From contig LT962688.1 in assembly GCA_900234795.1 (NCBI GenBank), positions 3,240,001-3,272,000 on the forward strand: a DNA stretch of 32,000 nt, read 5' to 3'. Position numbers and translations under genes: made by a program. The DNA is from Methylorubrum extorquens. Its GTDB lineage: Bacteria; Pseudomonadota; Alphaproteobacteria; Rhizobiales; Beijerinckiaceae. The notes beneath the pieces were generated by a model, which had not been told where the DNA came from, did not search any database, and saw nothing but the letters and a program-made list of their open reading frames with translations. Positions 17,610-26,485 of this stretch are shown piece by piece. Numbering within the stretch: position 1 is the first letter of the stretch; every line of letters starts with the position of its first letter.

Positions 17610-18480
17610 ATGAACCTGTTCGTCTTCGGCCTCGGCTTCTCCGCCCGGCATTTTGCCGAGCGTGAACGGGCGCGATTCAACGCGGTGCGGGCGACGGTGA
17701 CCGAGCCCGAGCGGGCCAGGAGTCTCGCGGCCGAGACCGGGTTCACCCTGCGCGCCTTCGGACCTGAGGCGGACGATCCCCGCATCGCCGAGGATCTCGC
17801 CGACACCGACGTCCTGCTGATCTCCGCTCCGCCGGGCCGGGACGGCGACACGGTGCTCGCCCGCTACCGCGACACCATCGCGAAAAGCCGCATCGGCTGG
17901 ATCGGCTATCTCTCGACCATCGGCGTCTACGGCGACCAAGGAGGTGCCTGGATCGACGAGACGACGCCCGCCACGCCGAAGAGCGCCCGCTCGCGCGACC
18001 GCCTCGCCGTCGAGAATGCATGGCTCGCGCTGGGCGCCGAGACCGGCAAGGCGGTGCAGGTGTTTCGCCTCTCGGGCATCTACGGCCCCGGCCGCAATCC
18101 GATCGTGAAGCTGCGCGACGGCCGCACCCAGCGCATCGTCAAGCCGGGGCAGGTGTTCAACCGCATCCACGTCACCGACATCGCCGCGACGCTGGCCGCC
18201 TCGATCGAACGGCCGCGGGGGGGCGCGGTCTACAACGTCACCGACGACGAGCCGGCCCCGCCGCAGACGGTGACCGAGCACGCAGCAAGGCTCACGGGGC
18301 TGCCCCCTGCCGCCGGAAGTCGATTTCGAGACTGCCGACCTCAGCCCGATGGCCCGCAGCTTCTACGGCGAGAACAAGCGGGTGCGTAACCGCCTGATCC
18401 GCGAGGAGCTGGGCGTGCAGCTTGCCTTCCCGACCTATCGCGAGGGGCTGGCCGCGCTGGTCTCCGACGCGCGCCGGTAG
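17610..18480 (+). pseudogene. SDR-family / NAD-dependent epimerase-like oxidoreductase, interrupted by a +1 frame change in a C5 run (possible sequencing artefact)
   Basis: The frame-0 product runs MNLFVFGLGFSARHF...YLSTIGVYGD...VFRLSGIYGPGRN...VYNVTDDEPAPPQ. After ccccc (18303-18307) the plausible C-terminus PPEVDFETADLSPMARSFYGENKRVRNRLIREELGVQLAFPTYREGLAALV continues in frame 1 to the TAG at 18478-18480. Confidence 0.75.
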
Positions 18481-18539
18481 GCGGACCGTCGCGCAGCATC
18501 CCGAAGGCGGGCCACGACCGTTCCCGACGCTGCGCGGAA

Positions 18540-20504
18540 TCAGACGAACTGAACGCCGACCCCGTCGTCGGCCCGCCGTATGACGCGGCAGCGTCGGGAC
18601 GGCTCGCCGTCGATGTGAAGCGTGATGAGGTTCGGAAGGTCCGCAGCCTCGAGTGCCAGCTTAGCGCCGCCCTCCGAGAGGTTGAGAATGGTGCAGGGGC
18701 GGCTCTGCGGCGTCCCCGCCGTTCGCCCGCGCTCCGGCACGAACGCGACAAGGCCGGCGCGCGAGGAGCGAAGGCGCTCCTCGCCCCGCCGCTCCTCCAG
18801 CCCGACATTCCAGGCGTCGAGACGGCTCGCAAACTCCGCCACGCTCGCGGCGGTGGCCTGCATGTCGGTGCTGACCTGACCGGTGGTCGCGCGCTGCCGC
18901 GTGCTGTCCGCGGTGGTCTGCGCGATGAAGCCCTGCACGGTATCGACCACCGCCGCGGTCGAGACCAGCGCCGCGCCGACATCCCGCGAGACCGCCTGCA
19001 TGGCACCGATCTCGCCGGTGATGCGCGCGGTGGCCGAGCGCGCCTGCTCGGCGAGGCTCTTCACTTCGGTGGCGACGACGGCGAAGCCGCGGCCGGCCGC
19101 ACCGGCGCGGGCGGCCTCGATCGTGGCGTTGAGAGCGAGCAGGTTGATCTGCTCGGCGATGCCCGTAATGACCTCGACCACGCCGGTCATCGCGGCGGCC
19201 GCGTCGTCGAGCTTCGCCGAGAGGACGCTGGCGGCGCTCATGCGGGTCTGAATGTCGCCGACCGCATCGTGCGAGCGGTTCATCTGCTCAGCGATTGATT
19301 CCGAGATCCGGTGCATCTCCTCGGACGCGCCGGCCACCGTCCGTACCCGGGCCAGCGTCTGCTCGGCCATGGCGAGGGCGCTGGCGCGCACCGCCATGCT
19401 CTGGCTGATGTCGAAGGCGTATTTTACGATCTTGAACGGGCGCCCGGCCGCGTCGAGAACCGGGTTGCAGGAGGCCTGAATCCAGACCTCGCGACCATCC
19501 TTGGCCACCCGCTGGTAGACGGCGGAGGTGAACTGCCCCGCCCGCAGCGTCGCCCAGAACTCGGCATAGGCCGGGCTCGCGGCGATTTCGGGCGTCACGA
19601 ACATCCGGTGATGCCGGCCCTGCACTTCGGAAAGGGTGTAGCCGAGCGCGTTCAGGAAGTTGTCGTTGGCGTCGAGCACCGTGCCGTCCATGCCGAACTC
19701 GATCACCGCCTGCGAGCGGCGGGCGGCCTCGACCTTTCCCGCCATGTCGGCGGCGACGCGCTTGGCCGCCGTGATGTCGGACGCGTATTTGACGACCTTG
19801 AACGGGCGCCCGGACGGATCGAGGATCGGGTTGTAGGTCGCCTGGATCCAGACCTCGCGCCCGTCCTTGCCGACGCGCAGGAACTCGCCGGCCCGGTACT
19901 CGCCGCGGGCGAGCGCCTCCCAGAAGGCGCGGTACTCCGCGGATGCCGCCTCTTCCGGCCGCACGAACTGGCTGTGGTGGCGGCCCTCCACCTCGTGCGG
20001 CGCGTAGCCGAGGGCGTCGAGGAAGTTGGCGTTGGCGCTGCGCACCGTCCCGTCGAGGTCGAACTGGATCACCGCCTGCGACCGGCTGATCGCGGCGATC
20101 TGGCCCGCCGTCTCGGCGGAGGCGAGCCGCTCGGTCGTCACGTCGAGGGCGAATTTGACGATCTTCCGAACGCGGCCGGCGGCGTCGAGGATTGGATTGT
20201 AACTCGCCCGGATCCAGACCTTGCGTCCGTCCTTGGTGAGACGCCCATAGGCCGCCGTCTGAAACGTGCCGCGGCGCAGGCCCTGCCAGAACGCCTCGTA
20301 CTCCGCGCTCTCCGCCTCCTGCGGGTCCACGAACAGACGATGATGCCGCCCGCGCACCTCACCGAGGGTGTAGCCCATCAGTGAGAGGAAATTGTCGTTG
20401 GCGTCGAGCACCGTCCCATCGACGGCGAAGGTGATGACGGCTTGGGAGCGGTTGAGCGCGTCGAAGATGGACGCGGCATCGGAGCGACGAAGGACGGAGA
20501 GCAT
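18540..20504 (-). CDS. Soluble methyl-accepting chemotaxis protein with three tandem PAS domains and a C-terminal PilZ domain
   Basis: No transmembrane segment is visible. There are three roughly 122-aa PAS repeats, each with RSQAVI...GTV..AN.NFL..LGY...EV.GRHH..FV...Y..FW..L..G......R..KDGR.VWI.A.YNPI.D..GR. The MCP signalling hairpin [35 protein letters not shown] is present. The C-terminal PilZ motifs are RRGEER (RxxxR) and NLSEGG (NxSxxG). The ATG at 20504 has ggag upstream, and a GTG at 20534 is an alternative start. Confidence 0.88.
   Translation of the reverse strand: MLSVLRRSDAASIFDALNRSQAVITFAVDGTVLDANDNFLSLMGYTLGEVRGRHHRLFVDPQEAESAEYEAFWQGLRRGTFQTAAYGRLTKDGRKVWIRASYNPILDAAGRVRKIVKFALDVTTERLASAETAGQIAAISRSQAVIQFDLDGTVRSANANFLDALGYAPHEVEGRHHSQFVRPEEAASAEYRAFWEALARGEYRAGEFLRVGKDGREVWIQATYNPILDPSGRPFKVVKYASDITAAKRVAADMAGKVEAARRSQAVIEFGMDGTVLDANDNFLNALGYTLSEVQGRHHRMFVTPEIAASPAYAEFWATLRAGQFTSAVYQRVAKDGREVWIQASCNPVLDAAGRPFKIVKYAFDISQSMAVRASALAMAEQTLARVRTVAGASEEMHRISESIAEQMNRSHDAVGDIQTRMSAASVLSAKLDDAAAAMTGVVEVITGIAEQINLLALNATIEAARAGAAGRGFAVVATEVKSLAEQARSATARITGEIGAMQAVSRDVGAALVSTAAVVDTVQGFIAQTTADSTRQRATTGQVSTDMQATAASVAEFASRLDAWNVGLEERRGEERLRSSRAGLVAFVPERGRTAGTPQSRPCTILNLSEGGAKLALEAADLPNLITLHIDGEPSRRCRVIRRADDGVGVQFV
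19401..20468 (-). repeat. Intragenic tandem triplication (period 366 nt) encoding the three PAS domains of the chemoreceptor
   Basis: The RSQAV motif recurs at residues 29, 151 and 273 of the tracked ORF, a spacing of exactly 122 aa. The three units are clearly alignable at protein level. Confidence 0.8.
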
Positions 20505-20726
20505 CGGTGATTTCGGCTCCACTTGCCGTCCCACGATGCCCGATGCCGCTTAAGAATCTCCTCTGAGGCATCAAAGGATGCATTTCTGTCAGTGCGGACA
20601 GGGCAGGCTTCCGCAAACGGTCAAGCTTCAGCCATCTTCTCCGGCGCATGCAGTCACCAACTCGACCGAAGGTTGTGCCCCCCTCCGCCCGACTGTCCGT
20701 CCATCGGACATCAGCGATCAGTTCGA

Positions 20727-21501
20727 ATGGCTCCCATGATCCATCCCTTGCCCTTCAAGGCTCCCGCCTTGGCCGCATTCATGGCCACCCTTCTGCTTGG
20801 GCCAGCCGCAGCGCAGTCTTCGAACGAGAATTCTCCGCCATCACGCGGATCCGTTCTGACCGTCCACGGCGCGGGCTCGTTCGAACAGAAGCCCGATTAC
20901 GGGCGCTTCGAGGTAAGCCTGGTCACGCAGGACAAGACGTTGGAGGCAACCGTCTCGGCGCATGAAGAGCGAGCGGGCTCGGCGATAGAGGTCCTGCGTC
21001 GGTTCGAGCAAGCAGGCGTGAAAATCGAGAGAAGTCGCTTCCGACTCGATGAGGATCGATCTGGCGGTTATCAGCCACCGCAATATCCTGGACATCGGCC
21101 GCCGCCACCCAAGAAATCGGCCACTCCGTTCACCGCAACGACCACCTTCATTTTGAAGGCCAACGGGATCGATCATTTGAACGCAACCATGAGTCGGATT
21201 GCGGAAACGGGCCTGCTTCGGGTTCAGTCGGTGACGTTCAAGGTCGAGAATGAGCGGGCCGCGTTGCTCGAAGCGCGCCGTGCGGCCATGCTTGATGCCC
21301 GCCAACAAGCCAAGGTCTACGCGGAGGCTGCCGACGTCACGCTCGTCGAGATCAATGCGATCACAGACGGAGAAGCTAGCCCTTCCGAAGTGGGAGAGGC
21401 CGACATGCCGCGATCGCTTCGCCGCATCCAAATCGTGCCGCCGGCGACCATTTCTTTTTAACGCCACGGTGAACGTGACGTGGCGCATCTCGCCGCGCTG
21501 A
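20727..21501 (+). pseudogene. SIMPL-domain (DUF541) periplasmic protein; last 14 codons displaced by a +1 frame change in a T5 run (possible sequencing artefact)
   Basis: A signal peptide is present (FKAPALAAFMATLLLGPAAAQ). The SIMPL pattern includes LTVHGAGSFEQKPDY..FEV.V and AALLEARRAAMLDARQQAKVYAEAADVTLVEINAI. The tracked frame ends TISF* at ttttt (21455-21459). Removing one T gives TISFNATVNVTWRISPR* ending at 21501, the expected terminal beta-strand. Confidence 0.7.
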
Positions 21502-21520
21502 AGGGCAGCGGACGACCCGT

Positions 21521-22295
21521 TCAGATCTCCTCCCGCACCCCTTTGCCGCGGCGCTCGAAGTAGAACGGGATCGGCCGGTAGGGCGGGAAGCCGGCGTCGG
21601 CCGCCGCCTCGAGATCGTCGAGGATCACGCGGGTGATGCGCGGCAGGTCGAGCTTGCGCGCAGCGTCGAGATCGACCCAGGCGAGTTCGGTCAGTTCCGC
21701 ATCCGGCCCGACGATACCGGGCCGCTCGGCGACCACCGCCTTGCGATCGACGGCAAAGAAGCGGGTATCGAAGCGGCGGGGGCGCTTCGGCGGCGTGATC
21801 GCCCGCGCCACCAGATGCAGGGTTTCGAGATCGGGCATCACCCCTTCATCGGCGAAGGCCTGCCACGCACCCTGCGGTGCGGTCTCCGGCGGACCATAAT
21901 CGCGGGTGCCGATGAGAAGGCCGGTCTCCTCGTAGGTCTCGCGGATCGCGGCGAGCGCGAGGGGAACGGCCGAGATGGTGGGGTGCGCGCGGCAGCTTGG
22001 CCCGTAGCGCGTCGTCGGCCCGCTGCGACAGGGCCCCGGCCACCGGCATCATCCGGTCGGACGGTTCGATCCGTCCGCCGGGAAACACGAACTTGCCGCC
22101 CATGAAGGCGAGGCCGGCATGGCGCCGGCCCATCAGCAGCTTCAGCTTCTTTCGTGACCGGTCGAGAATGATCAGCGTCGCGGCATCGCGCGGGCGCAGA
22201 AGCGCCGGGCGGGGCGTGGCAGCAGGCGAAGCGGGCTGATCTGAATCAGGCTGATCCAAGCTTTGGGGCGTCGCCTGCTCTGCTTCCTGCCTCAC
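21521..22295 (-). pseudogene. NUDIX hydrolase, interrupted by a +1 frame change near a C4 run (plus-strand gggg 21980-21983); possible sequencing artefact
   Basis: The N-terminal frame gives DAATLIILDRSRKKLKLLMGRRHAGLAFMGGKFVFPGGRIEPSD. The NUDIX box core AAIRETYEETGLLIG and the C-terminus (LVARAITPPKRPRRFDTRFF...) lie in the frame shifted by one base. The start is uncertain: GTG at 22295 or TTG at 22259, both overlapping the DUF983 gene end. Confidence 0.75.
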
Positions 22296-22743
22296 CGCCG
22301 CGTCTCTCCCCCGTGCCCGTGCCGGTCCCACCGCGCGCGGGGGGCAACTTGCCGAAACCGTGCATGCCGAACGTGTATTGCAGGCCAATCACCGCGCCCT
22401 TGACCGGCTGCAACAGCACGAGCGCCAGGACGAGGGTGAGCAAGGGCCACACCGTCATCGAAATCCAGAGCGGCACGTCGTAGCCCATCTCGATCTCGAG
22501 CACGAGGTAGCCGATGATGTGGCCCACGAGGAAGATCACGATATAGGGCGGCAGGTCGTCGGCCCGGTGGCCCTCCATCTCCAGGCCGCAGGCCTCGCAA
22601 GCCGGCCGCACCTTGAGGAAGCGGCCGAAGACGTGGCCCTCGCCGCAATGCGGGCAGCGGTTGAGGAAGCCGTTGGCCATGGCCGGGAGCAGCCGCGTCC
22701 GCTCCTGGGGAGCCGGGGCCGGAGGGGAGGCGTAGGTTTCCAT
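22246..22743 (-). CDS. DUF983 domain-containing membrane protein
   Basis: A zinc-ribbon-like RCPHCGEGHVFGRFLKVRPACEACGL is followed by two hydrophobic helices (PPYIVIFLVGHIIGYLVL, VWPLLTLVLALVLL). This is the typical DUF983 layout. Confidence 0.8.
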   Translation of the reverse strand: METYASPPAPAPQERTRLLPAMANGFLNRCPHCGEGHVFGRFLKVRPACEACGLEMEGHRADDLPPYIVIFLVGHIIGYLVLEIEMGYDVPLWISMTVWPLLTLVLALVLLQPVKGAVIGLQYTFGMHGFGKLPPARGGTGTGTGERRGGEAGSRAGDAPKLGSA

Positions 22744-22766
22744 AGGCCGAGTCTAGCCCCTTCCGC

Positions 22767-25133
22767 TCAGCGACGCGAGCCGCGATGGCGCCGCGCCGCA
22801 TCGCTCTCGGAGGCCGCCGCCTTGCCGGGGCGCGGCTTGCCCTTCGGTGGCTTCGCCCCGAACTTGGCCTTGCCCAACTTCGCCTTGCCCGGATTCGCCT
22901 TGGACCCGCTGCGCTTGATCCCGCCGCCTTTGGCGCCGGAGCGGCTGCGCCCCTCCGACAGGATCTCGAAGCGCAGGGCGCCGGCCACCGCCGCCGCCTC
23001 GACGAGGCGGACCTCGACCGTGTCGCCGAGGCGGTAGGTCTCGCCGCTGCGGTCGCCGACGAGGGCATGCAGAGCCTCGTCGTGGCGGTAATATTCGTGG
23101 CCGATGGTGGAGACGGGCACGAACCCGTCGGCCCCGGTCTCGGCGAGCTTCACGAACAGCCCCGAGCGCGTCACCCCTGAAATCCGGCCGGAGAAGGTCG
23201 CGCCGACCCGGTCGGCGAGGTAGCCGGCAATGAGCCGGTCGATGGTCTCGCGCTCGGCCGCCATCGCCCGGCGCTCGGCCGCCGAGATCTGCTCGGAGAC
23301 CGCGTCGAGCATGCCCGGCGTGGTGTCGTCCGGCAGGCCATCCTTGCCCAATCCGCAGGCACGCACGAGAGCACGGTGGACGATGAGATCCGCGTAGCGG
23401 CGGATGGGTGAGGTGAAGTGGGCGTAGCGGCGCAGGTTGAGGCCGAAATGGCCTAGATTTTGTGCAGCGTAGATCGCCTGTGCCTGCGAACGCAGCACTA
23501 CCTCGTTGATGAACGGGGCGTGCTCGCTCTCGGCCACCTGGGCGAGGATGCGGTTGAACAGGTCCGGCCGCAGCGCTCCGGCCTTGGTCATCTTGACGCC
23601 GACCGAGGCGAGCACCTCGCCGAGCGCGCGCATCTTCTCCAGGGCCGGTTCGTCGTGGACCCGGTAGATCAGCGGCGAGCCCGCCTTCTCCAGCGTCTCG
23701 GCCGCCGCGACGTTGGCCTGGATCATGAACTCCTCGATCAGCCGGTGCGCCTCAAGACGCTCCGGCACGATCACCCGATCGACGCCGCCTTCCGCGTCGA
23801 GCAGCACCTTGCGCTCGGGCAGGTCGAGGGCAAGCGGGCCGCGGGCGTCGCGGGCCCGCTTCATCGCCTCGTAGGCCGCGTAGAGCGGGCGCAGCGCCGT
23901 CTCCAGCACCGGTCCCGACTTCTCATCCGGCCTCCCGTCGATCGCGGCCTGCGCCTGCGCATAGGCGAGCTTGGCGTGCGAGCGCATCAGGATGCGGTGG
24001 AAGCTGTGGCTGCGCTTCACCCCGTCGGCGCCGATGATCATCCGCACGGCAAGCGCCGGACGGTCCTCCCCTTCGCGCAGAGAGCAGAGATCGTTCGAGA
24101 TGCGCTCGGGCAGCATCGGCACCACCCGGTCGGGGAAGTAGACCGAGTTGCCCCGTAGCAGCGCCTCGCGGTCGAGGGCCGAATCCGGCCGGATATAGGC
24201 GGCCACATCCGCGATCGCGACGGTAACGATGAACCCGCCCGCATTGGCCGGATCGGGATCGGCCTCGGCCATCACCGCGTCGTCGTGGTCCTTGGCGTCG
24301 GGCGGGTCGATGGTGACCAGCGGCGCCTCGCGCCAATCCTCTCGGCCGCGCTTGGTCGCGCGCTTGGCCGCGTCCGCCTCCGCGAGCACGGCGGCGGGGA
24401 AGACGTGCGGGATATTGTGGATGTGCAGCGCGATCAGGCTCACCGCCTTCTCGGAGCCGAGCGCGCCGAGCCGCTCGGTGACGCGCCCGCGGGGCAGGCC
24501 GAAGCGGGTCTCGCGCTCCACCGCGACGCTGACGAGGTCGCCATCCCGGGCCTCGCCCTCCTCGCCCGGCGGGATCGCGATTTCCTTGCCCTGCGATTTC
24601 TTCTCGACGGGAAGCAGGCGCCCGCCGTCGCGGCTGGCGCGATAGACGCCGATCACCTCGGAGCGGTTCTTGCCGATCACCTTGATGACGCGGCCGGTGT
24701 AGCGGCCGGGCGCTTCCGGGTCCGGCGCGACGCGGACCAGCGCCCGGTCGCCGATGCCGGGGGCGGGGCGGTTGCCCTTGCGGCCGGCGCGCGGGGTCTC
24801 GACGGCGATCTTGGGCGCCTCGCCCTCCCCGTCCCACTGCGACGGGCGGGCGATCAAGTCGCCGTCGCGGTCGCGCGACACGATGTCGGCGAGCACGACC
24901 GGCGGCAGGCTGCCGCCTTTCCGCAAGCCGCCGCGGTCACGCTCGAGCGCGCCCTCGGCCTCGATCTCCTTCAGGATCGCCTTGAGGCCGATCTTGTCGG
25001 CGCCCGAGATGCCGAAGGCCTTGGCGATTTCGCGCTTGCCGACCTTTCCGGGCGTCTCGGCGACGAAGGCGAGGATCTGCTCGCGGGAGGGGAGAACGGG
25101 GGTGCCCGCCGTCGGATTGATGCGTCTGGCCAA
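22767..25133 (-). CDS. rnr: Ribonuclease R
   Basis: The RNB catalytic motifs are present (TIDPPDAKDHDDAV, VYFPDRVVPMLPERISNDLCSL, HFGLNLRRYAHFTSPIRRYADLIVHR). There is an S1 domain (GRISGVTRSGLFVKL) and a lysine-rich basic tail. The TTG at 25133 is preceded by ggagag 9 nt upstream. The TTG in the track at 25226 is less likely. Confidence 0.9.
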   Translation of the reverse strand: MARRINPTAGTPVLPSREQILAFVAETPGKVGKREIAKAFGISGADKIGLKAILKEIEAEGALERDRGGLRKGGSLPPVVLADIVSRDRDGDLIARPSQWDGEGEAPKIAVETPRAGRKGNRPAPGIGDRALVRVAPDPEAPGRYTGRVIKVIGKNRSEVIGVYRASRDGGRLLPVEKKSQGKEIAIPPGEEGEARDGDLVSVAVERETRFGLPRGRVTERLGALGSEKAVSLIALHIHNIPHVFPAAVLAEADAAKRATKRGREDWREAPLVTIDPPDAKDHDDAVMAEADPDPANAGGFIVTVAIADVAAYIRPDSALDREALLRGNSVYFPDRVVPMLPERISNDLCSLREGEDRPALAVRMIIGADGVKRSHSFHRILMRSHAKLAYAQAQAAIDGRPDEKSGPVLETALRPLYAAYEAMKRARDARGPLALDLPERKVLLDAEGGVDRVIVPERLEAHRLIEEFMIQANVAAAETLEKAGSPLIYRVHDEPALEKMRALGEVLASVGVKMTKAGALRPDLFNRILAQVAESEHAPFINEVVLRSQAQAIYAAQNLGHFGLNLRRYAHFTSPIRRYADLIVHRALVRACGLGKDGLPDDTTPGMLDAVSEQISAAERRAMAAERETIDRLIAGYLADRVGATFSGRISGVTRSGLFVKLAETGADGFVPVSTIGHEYYRHDEALHALVGDRSGETYRLGDTVEVRLVEAAAVAGALRFEILSEGRSRSGAKGGGIKRSGSKANPGKAKLGKAKFGAKPPKGKPRPGKAAASESDAARRHRGSRR

Positions 25134-25291
25134 GGAGCAAGGCTCTCCGCGCCGGTCCGGGAAGGCGTGGCGCGTTCGGTTTTTCGTTGATTGGGGAGAC
25201 CGTTGACGATCCCGGCACCTCTTCAAGATGGGCGCTCGGACGCCTTAGAACAACGCCGCGCGATCGACCGTGAACAGGTTCGGCCCCAGCG

Positions 25292-25630
25292 TCAGCCCGT
25301 GGAAGCCGATTTGCGGATCGTCTCGACTGCCCGATCCACGTCGAAATCGGCTTGGCACAGCTCTTCGAGGGTAAAGGGCGCGCTCCGCGGCAGGGTCAGG
25401 TTCACCTGTCCTTCCGCCGGCTGAAGCTCGGGCGCTTCCGCCGCGCGGATCGCCAGGGTCCAGGCGCCGTCGATCCGCACCGCGTCCGCAGACGGCGGAT
25501 CGGCCGCGAGCGCCGCGATCTTGTCCGCCGCGGCCTGCCGGAAGGCGAGGCTCAGGCCGTCATTGGAGACGAGCGCGGCCTTGATCAACTCGGCCAGCGC
25601 GTCCCGCACTCTGTCGACACTCACGTTCAT
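25292..25630 (-). CDS. Hypothetical protein
   Basis: This is a 112-aa ORF with GC3-rich codon usage, on the same strand as rnr and just upstream of it. I recognise no family. Confidence 0.5.
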   Translation of the reverse strand: MNVSVDRVRDALAELIKAALVSNDGLSLAFRQAAADKIAALAADPPSADAVRIDGAWTLAIRAAEAPELQPAEGQVNLTLPRSAPFTLEELCQADFDVDRAVETIRKSASTG

Positions 25631-25701
25631 CCGCCCGCTTTCCTCATCCGCCTATGTTTCGAGGGGTGCAAACGGAGTGCCGCGCGCAAGGTTCAGAGTG
25701 C

Positions 25702-25768
25702 CTCACAAAACTCCCGGTCTCTGGCCGTTCTCGCTCTGGCGATGACAGCGCGGCGGGAGTTTTGTGAG
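25702..25768 (-). other. Long inverted repeat (15-bp perfect arms, 37-nt spacer) immediately downstream of the FMN reductase gene
   Basis: ctcacaaaactcccg (25702-25716) and cgggagttttgtgag (25754-25768) are perfect reverse complements. The arms extend imperfectly (gagtg/cactc). The spacer contains ctctggc twice. No U-tract follows on the minus strand. Confidence 0.6.
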
Positions 25769-25774
25769 AGACAC

Positions 25775-26353
25775 TCAGTACGGCGTGCCCCCGGCCCGCT
25801 TCGCCTTTAGAGCCTCGGCGTACCAAGTCAGCTCGTCGAGAAACTTCTTCGCGGCCCGGCCGAGCCAGTCCTCAGCGGGTTCGCCCGCCTCGCTCAGCGC
25901 CTTCTGGATGCGCGGGATCGGCAGGAGCGAGGGAATGCTCGGCGTGCCGAGTTCGGCCAGCATCGCCCGCAACTGCATCGCCGCGCGCACGCCGCCATAC
26001 TGCCCCGCCGAGTAGCAGCAGATGGCGGAAGGCCGCCAGAAATACTCCTCCAGGAAGTGATCGAGGGTGTTGGAGAGCGCGGGCGGGATCGAGTGGTTGT
26101 ACTCGGCCGAGACCACGACGAAGGCATCCGCCCCGCGAAACAGCGTCGCCAGCCGCTCCAGCGGTTCGGGCGCCTCGCCCTTGGGATATTCCTTGTACAT
26201 CCGGTCGAGCAGCGGGAGCTTCAGCTCGGCGGGATCGACCAGCGGCGCCGTGTGGCCGCGGGCTTCGAGTTGCGCGACGAGGAAGCGGGCGGCGCGGATG
26301 CCGGCGCGCTCGGCACGCACGGAACCGAGGATCACGGGGACGGTGAGGGACAT
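25775..26353 (-). CDS. NADPH-dependent FMN reductase family oxidoreductase
   Basis: ILGSVRAERAGIRAARFL, ADAFVVVSAEYNHSIPPALSNTLDH and YSAGQYGGVRA match the flavodoxin-like FMN reductase pattern. Confidence 0.85.
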   Translation of the reverse strand: MSLTVPVILGSVRAERAGIRAARFLVAQLEARGHTAPLVDPAELKLPLLDRMYKEYPKGEAPEPLERLATLFRGADAFVVVSAEYNHSIPPALSNTLDHFLEEYFWRPSAICCYSAGQYGGVRAAMQLRAMLAELGTPSIPSLLPIPRIQKALSEAGEPAEDWLGRAAKKFLDELTWYAEALKAKRAGGTPY

Positions 26354-26422
26354 GGGTCAGGCTCCCGATCGGACGGGCCTACTGGTTCCGCCCCGGCTGC
26401 CAGCGTCAAGCATTCCCCGAAC

Positions 26423-26458
26423 AAAAAAGGCACCGGAGCCTCGAAGGCTCCGGTGCCC
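26423..26458 (-). terminator. Rho-independent terminator of glnA
   Basis: On the minus strand the sequence reads gggcaccggagccttcgaggctccggtgcctttttt. This is a 12-bp perfect GC-rich stem (26429-26440 with 26446-26457), a 5-nt loop and a T6 tract. It lies about 30 nt after the glnA stop. Confidence 0.88.
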
Positions 26459-26485
26459 GCTGCACAACGCTACGCGAAAAAGATC

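Noticed and set aside
19401-20468. The 366-nt tandem repeats, considered as a possible CRISPR-like or mobile repeat array.
   Set aside because: They are in-frame protein-domain duplications (PAS x3) within one chemoreceptor ORF. The units are diverged and there are no spacers.
22246-22400. A possible frame change in the C6 run (ttgccccccgcg) near the DUF983 C-terminus, which would explain its Gly/Thr-rich tail.
   Set aside because: Shifting by one base there fuses the ORF to the NUDIX frame with no stop, which is implausible. The existing frame ends cleanly at 22246.
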